This document shows positions 45,497 to 56,951 of a DNA stretch of 64,000 nucleotides, in pieces (within the stretch, counting starts at the first letter, position 1; each line of letters begins with the position of its first letter). The translations under genes and the position numbers were made by a program. The notes beneath the pieces are model-generated. The model was not told the DNA's origin. It searched no databases and saw nothing but the letters and a program-made list of their open reading frames with translations. Origin of the DNA: Psilocybe cubensis (taxonomy: Eukaryota); assembly GCA_017499595.2 (NCBI GenBank), contig CM039003.1, positions 2,170,001-2,234,000 of the forward strand, in the 5' to 3' direction.

Positions 45497-46914
45497 GAAG
45501 AAAGTTGTCGACTACTGTCAGTGAAAAAAGAAGTGAAGCGACCCGCGCAAAAGGAGTGAAATATACAGAAGAGCACTGCTCTCAGTGAACAGGCAAGAAT
45601 GAGCGGGAATCCGGCGACGTATGAAAGCAACGGTGCTGGACGTCGTTGAGACAGGGAGCCAGTCGAACTGCGAGTAGCAGTGTGACTGATTGTTGATGGA
45701 CTTTGAGGTGTGTTACACGCCCATCATTCGTCACATAGTTGTGCATGGCAACAGGAGTACTGAATGGTTGGTGGGCTAGTGAGTTGCCTTAGTGCTGGTG
45801 CTATAACTTTCGTGGACGTTGCAACCCATACAAGCTATTCTCAAGTTCTACTGACGCTGGTGTTGGTGTCTGCAGGTCCAGGGCCGATCAGTGCGCCATT
45901 ATAGCCAAATTTGGGCACGTAGCCATTAATCCATTGATCTTGCTCGTGCTTGTATGAGTATCTAATTATACCACAGGACAAATATCTTCCATAGGATCGT
46001 GCCGAACCTTACACATGTAGCAGTCTGCATATAAGCATGCTTCGCCACTTGCACATTGGGCTTGAGAAAAAAAAATCGACCTCGGATCTTCAGAAAAACT
46101 GTTCGTCCAAAATACCTGCATGAGGAATGGAATGAGCTCCGGTGTGAGGGAGAGTCTAAAGGACCTGGACAGTTAAATAATGTTCTAGAAGCTCACGCCT
46201 CTCCACAGAGTTAGCACCCCAAATCTACGAGATGAAGCAAAGATTCAAAGATACGTGATATTTGAAAATATCTGCACACATTCCAAATTTTGTGCGAGTT
46301 CGCAGTCTCCAAGAAATTCATATGCTCCGCCCTGTCGAGCTCCGTTCCGCTCAATATTTTTAATAGCAAGGTATGCATGCCAGTAAGTGTGGGCGAAGAT
46401 AGACAGTGAGAACATGGAGCTAACGTTGGCAAGCATATTGCTGAGCGGGCCTTTGGTAAGGATGGGGGTTTCAACTCTCAAATCTGAACAGATGAAAAAG
46501 TTCGGGAAATTGACGTCACAGTCAGGTCACTTCATGTTCCGTGAAATACAAATTAATGAGATCCAATGAGGCCAACAGCAGATGCGTTAAACCAACAGAT
46601 TGAACCAGGAACTAGTAGAGGATCTAGGCTGAAGGAAGAAAGGCCCGAACGACCATGACAAATCCACACCTAATTAAGCGCTCCTGCCAACCCCCGGCGC
46701 TTGCTGTCGGAAATTGTCAGCACCAATCCTGAATGGCGATCGTTATTTCATTACAATGTAAGGCGCCATTCTGATTGATCCTGGAATAATCCCAATAGCG
46801 GTGGCGCGCTGATGAGTAATGGCTGCCTAACAGCGAAGTGCATTCGTGATAGCCTGTAATAGTTGACAAAGCATCAGGTTCGGATATGCTGAAGAATAGG
46901 ACCGTTGTGAGCGC

Positions 46915-48857
46915 CTATAAGTCCGAGTCGGCTTTCGGCTCTTCTCGGGGGATAATCTGACCCAAATCAACAACCGTATAGAATGCGAAAGTCTTGACCT
47001 CAGCCTTTGAAGACTTGGATGGTCCGTCTATATCGTTGCTGTCGGCAGGCGCAGGGTCATCTGAGTGGTATGTATAAGATACCAGCATATTGAACTGAAT
47101 TAAAAATTAGGGATCAATCAAATTCGCAAAAGGCGCTCCTGACTCAGACTGACTCACTTTAACGTTCCCTCGAGCTTCTTTGCCAATCACGACCTCTCCT
47201 CCCACCAGGGTAACATTTGCCCGTTTCTCCAACACACCAACAGTTCGAACTTTCCCCCGTGCATCCGTCTCTCTCAAACGCCCCAGATCATCGTCATCGT
47301 CACCAAACATGTCTTCATCGTCCTCATACTCCCAAGCTTCCGCATAAGCAGCGACAGAGAAATGTGAATTTGGCAACGAAATAGCGAAAGGTGGTCGAGG
47401 AGGGGCTGCTTTCTCGGTCGTGCCGTTTTCTTTTGGCTGAACGGTTGAAACGTGGATTCTCTGAACAGACAATCGAACATTTATCTGGTCGTAAAGGGGG
47501 TTACTTAATGCCAGGTGGAATGGATATGTTCTTCCTGCATGCATAGCTCCGGCGTTGCTGTCTTCTACAGCAGTCGATACAGACCTTCCAAGGGATTTCT
47601 TCGCTGCCTCCGCTGTGAGGCGCTGTGCATGAGGTAATGAGACCGTGATTGCTGGCAGGTAGTTAGCGGCTACGAGCTTGATTTTATACCGCACAGACTG
47701 GGCTTTCTGCTCTGGTTTGATCAATATGTGCGTGCAGGCCGGGCATCGTTTAGACCGTTTAGAATGCAAGGGTATTCGTAGAGGCTTGAGCTCGCTGTGA
47801 CCTTATGAGAGCAAAATATAAAGTAGGAAAAGGGCTACTTACCTAGTTTGCAAAGGTGTTACCCAACTATTAACCCATCTCTGCTCGAGGGTCGAAATCT
47901 GTCCAATATCTTCCAAGTGGCTCATAAAATCTACATCTGACTCTCCGCCACCTGTCCCTAGGACACTGGCCTTGGAGATTTCAACACGACTCCGATATTC
48001 TGGCATCTCGTCTTTGTTCACACTTTTATCCTTCCCACTCCCTCTTCCCGATGTAGTCCTCGTCAACGGGTTATATTTGCTAACACCCGGGATATCACGA
48101 GCCAGAGCGGCGGCAGCGGCTGTAATAGAATTCGAATGAGTATGGTGTGAGTGCGCCGTACTGCTTCCATGAGCAGCCGGATGACTGAGGTTTGTAGAAG
48201 AGGAAAGTGATGATGCACGTATGAAAGGCTCAAAGTGTTCCTTCAGACGCTCAAACTCCAACGAATCCGGGGCTGAATCTTCGTATTTCTGCAGCTGCGC
48301 TATTAACCACAGCCAAGTAAGCTGTCCATGTCAAGAATAAGACGCCACGAAATGACGCACCAGCGAGACCTGTAGGTTTCTCGAATGTGATCTTCACTTC
48401 AGCAGAATCCCATCTGCAATGGTTGCAATACAGAAAGAAGGGAGGCTCGTTCAGTGCGCTTATTGGTATTGACAAACGACCATCTCCGGTATCTGGAGGG
48501 TCCGATGGTACCACTGAAAGGGTGTTGCGACAATTCGGACACATGAAGCAATTTCGAGCACATCTAGAGATGACACGCTATTTAAGAACATCAGGCGACT
48601 GAGTATTGTACACTATGGGCTTGCCTGTTCTTTTCAGCGCGTACACTGGCACTTGGGACCTCGAAAAGACAGTTCGGGCAGTAATATGAGCTGACTTCTA
48701 CAGATACGCATCGGTTGCACCGGATCGCGTCACATTCTTCGCAGAAAAAGAGGGTGTGGAGAGGATGAAAACTGTAAGAAGATGATGGTAGATGTGGGGG
48801 TGGTGGGTGCGGTGAGGTTGAAAGACACGAACAATGGTATAGAACAGTTGGAGCCAT
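46915..48857 (-). CDS. DCTN4: Dynactin p62 subunit
   Basis: LFFCEECDAIRCNRCVSVEVSSYYCPNCLFEVPSASVRAEKNRCARNCFMCPNC, YCNHCRWDS, PLRIPLHSKRSKRCPACTHILIKPE, LSNPLYD; last exon ends ADSDL-stop at 46915. Confidence 0.94.
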
Positions 48858-48923
48858 GGAAGTGTACTGTAACGAGTCAGTCAGTGTCCGTCGGATAATG
48901 GACACTTGCACGGCACGTGGGCG

Positions 48924-48929
48924 ACGCGT
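48924..48929. promoter_or_regulatory. MCB-like element (ACGCGT) in the short divergent promoter between dynactin p62 and exonuclease gene 1
   Basis: gcgACGCGTtc, about 140 bp upstream of the ATG at 49066. Confidence 0.4.
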
Positions 48930-49065
48930 TCAAATTTAAAATTAGCGACAGTGGTTCATGTTCTTCATGACTCGGCATGGGGCATTTTTCTCTTCCTTAC
49001 TGTCATCTAGCGCTACTAGTCTCTTTCGCCAAACATACATCTACCGACTTGGGGCTCCAGGTTTC

Positions 49066-51241
49066 ATGCCAAATCAAGGGTCTACTCGGTTTACTCGCAG
49101 TCAAGCTACCAATAGAGGTGTAACACCCAATTCATTCTGCGACATCTTGCAGAATTTGTCTCTCAACGACGATGGTGATTTTTCTCCAAGATTATACTCG
49201 GATTGATTGTTTGACTGTATGATCACTGGACTATAGAAGTAGATATCGGATGGGCCAGGCCGTCTCTTCCGAGATCCAATGGAACTAGACCATCTATCAG
49301 TGAGTGTACTGCCTGCTTAGTCTCAATAAGCTACAACAGTTCTTAGAGTTTCAGGCTATTGAGATCACGGAAAGCAGTCCTTCTCTGGAAACATCAGAGT
49401 TGCATATCTTTGGTGTGACCAAAGTGAGCCCTTAGTCTTTCTGGATTTGGATTGTGTATATTCATAGCGAACATACAGGCTGGCCACTCTCTTCTTGCTC
49501 GTGTTCAGGGTTTCGAACACTATTTCTACTATCCGGCCCCTCCTGGGCTTTTATCACGCGACCTTGATCCTCTCTGTGAATATGTCAATGTTGGTCCTAT
49601 CCGAACATCTCTGTGGAATTAACGAATAAATAGGACCTTGAACCTTAATCGCACAGAACGCCCTAAGCCCCCCAACACGAGCTGTCCCAAATCCTCCGTT
49701 GTCTGTATCATCAATCGACCTCCGACATGAGAAAACTGCCCCTCCTCCTGTGGGACGGGATACACCTTACTTGAGGATTTTTTTAGCAAGACATCACGAC
49801 ATTGATAAAGTCAAAGATATGTTATGCTTCGCTTTTGGTTGTTTCACCTTCTACTTACCTAGTTTCAAACACACTTCTTCACATCGGGTAAATGTCGATA
49901 CCGACAACTCTTTGCAACGCGCGAGGAGTCTCATGAAGCAGTGGTTCCTTATCACCTACGTTTCATGCTAGACACGGGAGTACGTCATTTCTATGAATGG
50001 AAATACTGTGTACTCACAATTTTAACACGTTCGCCTTAGATAAATGCAATGTCATGGCTCAAATTTGTCTCTAATAAATATGACATCGTTCCGGAAACGG
50101 AGAAAATTTCCACTTGCCAATTGGAAGTTGTCCTACAGTACAAGTAAGCCAAACAACATCTATCCCCACAACACTGTGTCGAGTCTTTTATTTAGTGATG
50201 AGCACATCCTGTTGTGCTCTCCGAGGGATAAAGAGGAGCTGTTTGCGCCTCTTCGTATTCTGAGTTACGATATCGAAACACACGTTCCGGCTGATGGCAC
50301 CTTCCCAAGTGCTACGAAGGATCCTGTTCTCCAAATAGGAAACATGGTCACCACCCACGGTAAGATTCTTTTCTGTAATTTTCTCCGATATTAATAGTAG
50401 TGCACAGGGTCGCATGAACCCACTATACGAGCCATATTCACCCTTGGGACATGCTCTCCTATCAATGGGGCAGAAGTGCGATCCTTCAAAACAGAGGCAG
50501 AAATGTTGCTTGCTTGGAGCCAATTTGTGAACGAGGTGGATCCAGATATTATCACTGGATATAACATCACGAAATTCGACACACCATACCTTCTAAACCG
50601 TGCTACAGCGTTGTCTCTGCCCAAATTTGCGCACCTTGGGAGAGTTAAATGTGAGTCGTTACGTTAAAGGCCATTTTGATAGCTCTAAAGGTTTCTATCT
50701 TCGTCATCAGCGTGGCGTCAGACTCTGCCTTACCCATTTATGAAAGTCGAGGAGTTTTCTCAGTGTCCGGGCTACAACGGGCGCTTACTTCTCGACGTCT
50801 TCCAACATATCCGCGAAGGCAATTACTCTGACTTCCAGGGGCCCGGAAAGTCAAAATTAAATTATGTTGCACAAGTGGCACTTTGGGACCAAAAAGAAGA
50901 TCTCCCCTACAAACAAATTCCAATTCTGCAGGCAGGCACTGCTAATGATAGACGAACACTCGCTGTGTATTGTCTGAAGGTGGGCCTTCTCACTTATCAG
51001 CAATGTCAATGATGTAGCTGACGCTTCCTGTCTGGAGGATACATATCTTCCGCTTCAATTGTTCACCATGTATAACCTGTTGGGAAGAGAATCGACCAAG
51101 GCTAAGGAGGCTCATGTCTCTTTGAATTCCAAGCGCAAGAAGCCATTCCTGAAAGATCTTTCGAGAGATTGTCGCAAGGCCCTCAGAGAGGATTATATCA
51201 TCCCAGACTCGAAGCTAAGTTCATTGCTGGACCAAAGATGA
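49066..51241 (+). CDS. Stand-alone DNA polymerase delta-like N-terminal plus 3'-5' exonuclease protein, no polymerase domain; copy 1
   Basis: Spliced WARPSLP..FQAIEI..LHIFGVTKAGHSLLARVQGFEHYFY, VPYHLRFMLDTGINAMSW, STCQLEV, ExoI APLRILSYDIET, ExoII VDPDIITGYNITKFDTPYLLNRA, ExoIII LAVYCLKDTYLP; stop at 51241. Confidence 0.88.
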
Positions 51242-51569
51242 AACTATGATGTACCGCTTCTTGAGAATCAATCGATATTCTGGAAGACATCGCGAACGTC
51301 ATATTCCAGGATACCTGTGGTTGTTCTGTGGTTAGGCTAATTCCCCAACCACAGGAAGATCAGGTTCTTTTATAAATGAATGTAAATATCAAAATTAGGT
51401 AGCCTGATTAATGCATGCAGATCTGTCGCAATTTGAATCAATCTTGCACAATTGGTTCTCCGGATTTGTCTGACTGAATGGTCAATGGCCTATCCAGTGT
51501 AGTATCCAGGTATGTAGTATTAATACCCATGCAACGAACGCATATCATCATATGCATCGTGCACGACGG

Positions 51570-51635
51570 ACGCGTGACCTGTTGCGTCGCATCAATTTCA
51601 CTAAGGCTGACTCGGCTCCGAGCTATAGTACGCGT
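51570..51635. promoter_or_regulatory. Two MCB-like elements (ACGCGT) upstream of exonuclease gene 2
   Basis: ACGCGT at 51570-51575 and 51630-51635, 150-220 bp upstream of the ATG at 51786. Confidence 0.45.
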
Positions 51636-51785
51636 CGACCATACTCGTCGCCCGTGCTAGTTTCTTCTGGAACCCTCCAAGACGCCTATAGGCCAGGAAC
51701 GTTTGGGGGCTCGTGTTAACCAAACTCCATCATCATCAATACCCCAGCTTTTCCCCCGACTGCAAATCGAATTCTAGTACTAGAA

Positions 51786-53900
51786 ATGGCCACAGGTCTT
51801 GCTCCTGCTGCTTCAGTTTCTGATGTCCTGAAGGAACTTTCCGTTAAAGAAAATGGTGAAGAATAAACAAATGTATCTAGACTGTGATTTTGATACTCCT
51901 TTATGAAACAGACGTGCAAAAGCCTTGGGAAAGACCTCCGCTTTCTGCATCCTATGCAGCCAAACCATGCATCAGTAAGTTTGTTGTCGTTGCATTGGCT
52001 ATCAACTTGTGTGTGACGTCCCCAGAATTCCAGAAAATTGACATCGCCGAGAGCAGCTACGACCTGGGATCTCCCGAGATACACCTTTTCGGAATCACTA
52101 AAGTAAGCAATCAATATGTGTCGAATCGGAAGAACATTATTTTGAATTCAGAGCTTGCAGAATGGCCATTCTATTCTCGTACGAGTTGTTGGATACGAGC
52201 ATTACGCGTATTACTTGGTCCCCAAAGGGTTCTCGAAAGATGATCTCGAACCTCTGCGCAACAATCTTAACGTCAGTGCTTGAAGAAATCCGTACTTATT
52301 CCTAAGAGCCATTCATGATTTTATGGGCCTCACACCATAGGAACTCATAGTGGAAAGTTACGAGGAAGTATCTTCCGCCCCTATCTCACGAATTGACCTC
52401 GAGAAGGGGAAAGGAGAACTTTCCTATCTAAAGATTATGGTTTCGGATTATCACGATCTAGAGTGTGTCCAAGATATGCATTGTTCGTTTTTGAAATGTT
52501 GTGCTGGTTTACTTAGTGAGCATTCCAAGGCACAAATCTTCCAATTGGGAAGATGTAAATATCGGGACATGTTCCCTAATCCTCAAAATCCATGCTGGAC
52601 AAGGAGGTATGTGCATTTTTGATCGAAAAGGGTTTTAACCAGCTCGTGGTTGACTTGGGCTCCCTTCTGTCCAGGTCAATGCCATGTCGTGGCTGAAGCT
52701 CACCGCTAAAAAATACAAGATTGTTCCAGCTGAAAACAAGATTTCGACTTGCCAGTTGGAAGTGTCCATCCAGTACGAACGAATAGCTTGATTAGTCTGA
52801 TCATCAACAATTTACTGACGTCGACGTATAGTGACGAGCATATCATGTTGACTTCAGGTCAGGCAGAAATGGGCCCATTGCGTATTCTGAGCTTCGACAT
52901 TGAGACTGACATTCCCGATGATCGTAATGTGTTCCCGACTGCGAGGAACTATCCCATCTTCACCATTGGAAATAGGATATCTACCTACGGTATGCCATTT
53001 TCCTTTAAAACGTTTTTTTAACAAAAAGTCGACCATGCAATTCAGGTCGTGCAAACAGTGACGATGTACAAATCGTGTTTACCCTTGGTTCGTGCTCTCC
53101 TATAAGTGGGGCTACTGTGGTTGCTTGTGAAGATGAAGCTGCATTGCTACTTGCGTGGAAAAGCTTCATAATTGAGGTTGATCCTGACATCGTTCTTGGC
53201 CATAACATCACTAGGTTCGACATGCCGTTTCTTTTGGGTCGAGCCATAGTGCATAATTTAGACGAATTCCCGTACCTTGGACGACTTAAATGCAAGTAAT
53301 CAATTATTATCGCTTGATCGCCAACTGACAGTTTTACGACCAATGGTAGCATTTCGTCAGGTCATGGAAGATCCATATGCGTTACCAGCCTGGAACGCCT
53401 TTGATAAATGTCCGGGATACGTCGGGCGCTTCGTTCTTGATATCTACAAGCATGCCTCGGATATAGGCATAACGGGTCGCGGGAGATCAACGCTAAACAG
53501 TCTTTCAGAGCGATTCCTGAACGACAAGAAAGAAAATCTTTCCTTCGACAAAATTCCGGGTTTGCAAGCCGGCACTGCTGACGATAGACGTACTCTTGCA
53601 ACATACTGTCTCAAGGTAAGTTTTCACTTGATATTCTATCTATGTATGCAAGTAATCAATATTTAATAGGATACGCTACTTCCACTTCATTTGATGAATA
53701 AAATGGAATGCCTGCCTATCCAAATCAAGCAAGCCAGAAAAGCCCATCTTCCATTGAACGCGATGCGCGAGAGACCATCTTTGAAGGACACTTCACAGAT
53801 TTGTCAGAAACGCAAGGCAGAGATAGAGGGTGATTCTAATACTAACTATACTCTCGATGGAGAACGCGCGTTGAAAAGACAACGCTCTGACGCATACTAA
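51786..53900 (+). CDS. Stand-alone Pol delta-like exonuclease, copy 2 (carries an apparent 34-nt deletion; may be a pseudogene or rescued by an alternative donor)
   Basis: WERPPL..FQKIDI..IHLFGITKNGHSILVRVVGYEHY, VNAMSW, STCQLEV, GPLRILSFDIET, VDPDIVLGHNITRFDMPFLLGRA, LATYCLKDTLLP. Intron positions match copy 1; one GC donor at 53292; stop at 53900. Confidence 0.8.
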
Positions 53901-54621
53901 ACAACTTGGCTATGAAATTTTGGCGCTTGGAGTCGTTACATTTAGAATGGATCTCAATTCTGGGCCCTCGAAGTTCTTGATATAACTTTTTATATTGTAC
54001 GGCAAAGGGTACGGTTTACTAGTATATAGGTGAACTATCTTGACCCCAAAGGTACTCATGACGTCATCTACTCGCTTATCTATGTTTCCCACCATCTACG
54101 TAAGCAGCACGCGTACCCGGAACCGGTAATTATGTGCCGACCCGCATTTTTATTGCACCTTCAAGCTTCAAGTTGGCTCTTTCTTAAACACAACCATTTA
54201 TTGTCCGTCGCCGATGCCCGACATGTTTTCCGATGAATTTTGCGCCTCTCCCTTGCAACCTGTTGCTGCTCACTAGAGGCACGTCTCATAAAAAAAGTTA
54301 ACTTTTTGCGTGCAAGTTCGTAGGAAAACTTCATATCTCGGTGTCTCTCAAAGTTGCCCTGCGTCCTACTATGAGCCACTATTTTCTCAGACAAATGTAC
54401 ACTTAGTGCATTTATGTCTTTGTGGTACCAGCATTTAATATGGCTGTTAAGCGCATTTGTGACTCGTATTCTATGACCTTCTCCAAACCTTCCCGTACGG
54501 TCGGCACCGCGAGTCAGTCTTGGTTTTGGGTTACTCTGCCGGCTACCTTCATCCTTCGATTCCCACACATTCCATATAAAAGGACCTCTAACCCCTTGGT
54601 AAGCCTTAACACATCACCCTC

Positions 54622-56274
54622 ATGTCATCCAAGAACACAATCACCCCATTCCAAATCAATATTACCGAGGAACGGATTAGCCTCCTACAGCAAAAGCTCG
54701 CGTTATCGATCCTCCCCGACGAATTAGAGGATGCGGGACGCGACTACGGCGTACCGCTTGCCGATATTCAGCGCCTACTTGCTCGCTGGCAATCTGGGTA
54801 CGATTGGAAGAAACACGAGAAGGAATTGAATCAGGAGTTACCGCAGTTCCAGACGGATATAGACATTGAAGGGCATGGAACCCTCAAAATCCACTTCGTG
54901 CACAAGAAAAGTAATGTGGAAGGAGCCATACCTTTGCTATTTGTCCATGGATGTAAGCTCTTTTATCTCGGCATATTAGCAAGAATAACCTTCTTTTTTG
55001 CAGGGCCTGGCAGTGTGGTTGAAGTCCGCAAAATTTTACCACTCTTAATTCAAGGATCACCTGCGTTTCATGTGGTCGCCCTCGGTTTGCCCGGGTATGG
55101 GTTTTCTGAAGCTCCCAAGAAAAAAGGATTCGCTTTTGATCAATACGCCGAGGTAAATATCTATCGTTATCAACACGGCTACCCTTGTTATTTCTGAGAC
55201 TGATACGCATGCGCTTGAAGGTAGGGAACAAATTGATGATCGCACTGGGATATGATCAGTATGGTAAGTACACTATGATTAGTATGCACTTTTGGGTCTT
55301 ACAAATACACAATACTTCACCTAAATCCAGTAACCCAGGGAGGGGACTGGGGATATATGGTAGGCTAAATTTAGAGCCTGTTTGCAACGATGTTCAGTAT
55401 TTAATGGCTTTTTTTAGGTCACCAGAAGGATTGCCCACCTTTACGGTGGAACGCACTGCAAAGCTTGGCACACTAACTACGAGGCGGCAGAACCTGGTCG
55501 GTTAGTAATCAACGATTGACTGCTACTGTTTGGAGCACAAACTGAAGTGTATGTCTCTTTGGGCGACATAATAACTAGGGTGCCTCCAGAACTCTTTTCT
55601 CAGCCTGCCGAATTTTTCAAGAATCTGAGTCCTGATATCACACCGGAGGAGAAATCAGGCTTGGAAAGATCAGTATGGTTCAGGACACAAGGAATGGGAT
55701 ATTTCATGGAGCAATCCACGCAACCACAAACAATTGGATACAGTTTAGCCGATTCTCCTGTTGGTCTTCTTGCTTGGATTTATGAAAAGCTTGTCAATTG
55801 GACAGATAACTACCCTTGGGATGACGACGAAGGTTTGTCCCGTTTGATTTATTGCACATAGTCGAGGCAATCCTGATGACCAAATTTGTTTGTAGTTCTG
55901 ACCTGGGTATCCATTTATTGGTTCTCAAATGCTGGCCCTGCAGCATCCGCGAGAATCTATTACGAGAGTGTAAGGGAAGCTCCTACTGCTAATCCACTCC
56001 CAACAATTCCACACGGAGCGTCTGTGTTTCCCAAAGATATTTTTGTTGCCCCGCTTTCGTGAGTGTCGTTGTCCTTCATAGTGCAAATTTCAGTCTAATA
56101 AAAATTCATTGTAGATGGACCAAGAGCCCCCACAGAGTATTTGAGACCGCTCATAACAAAGGAGGACATTTTGCAGCCTTGGAATCGCCCGAGGTGCTGG
56201 TAGGTGATTTGAGAAAAATGTTTGCCCAAGGAGGACCGGCATATGGGGTTGTTGAGGGTAAATCAGGATACTAG
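54622..56274 (+). CDS. Epoxide hydrolase (EHN domain plus alpha/beta hydrolase), copy 1
   Basis: [73 protein letters not shown]. Confidence 0.95.
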
Positions 56275-56951
56275 CCCATTTTTTCCGATAAATAAATGGC
56301 GTCAAGAACAACTAAAGAATTGAAGTAAATGTACCTGGTTTGTCGCTCATTGTGCACCAACGTCGCAAATCAGGTGACGTCGTGAGTACCTTTTGGGTAA
56401 TGGAACGTCCCCCGAGCATTTACTCAGCTTCAACTTGTCACGTCAACTTGTATTCAAGGAAGAATTTCCGACGCCATACCCTCATCACTCAAAGTAACTA
56501 AGCTTCAGCTTACCATTCATGCCAAACATAAGCCGTTTTTTCTGGTTCCTACTTCACCAAAAGTTGAAGCTTGGAGTTTCAGCTTAAAGTGGCTTCAAGT
56601 GGCAGCCACTCAAGGCTTCCAAACCTCAACTATCTCAGGCGGACTACCATCCTAGTAAAAAACGATAGGCAATAACTGATTCCAAGATATCGACTTTATT
56701 AGCATGCGTTTTTGATTCATTCTGATTCTTGACATCCTCCCAATAACGCTGCTCAAGCGCAGTTCCAACTTGTCGGCTGTACATCCGGTTGTTGGCGTCG
56801 TTACCTCTCAATTATCTTGTGCGTACTGTATAAATGCACTGGCAGACATTCATGTTCATCCCTTACTGAAACCATGATACGTGAAAATTTCCTCATTCAA
56901 CTTCTCTTTTTTTCAAGTCTTTTCTACTACAGCACCGCGGTAAAAAACCAG

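Noticed and set aside
46211-46481. Short minus-strand ORF with a hydrophobic start and GGAYEFL, faintly like a FAR-17a/AIG1 N-terminus
   Set aside because: I could not build further exons or find other family motifs.
46705-46715. TGTCGGAAATT, identical to the first 11 bp of the right TIR (a similar word occurs at about 56463)
   Set aside because: The match does not extend into the rest of the TIR, and there is no partner end or TSD; compatible with chance.
49066-53900. Reading the two exonuclease genes as one fragmented POL3 gene
   Set aside because: Each has its own start, full ExoI-III set and stop, so they are duplicates of the same region; no polymerase-domain exons are visible in the window.
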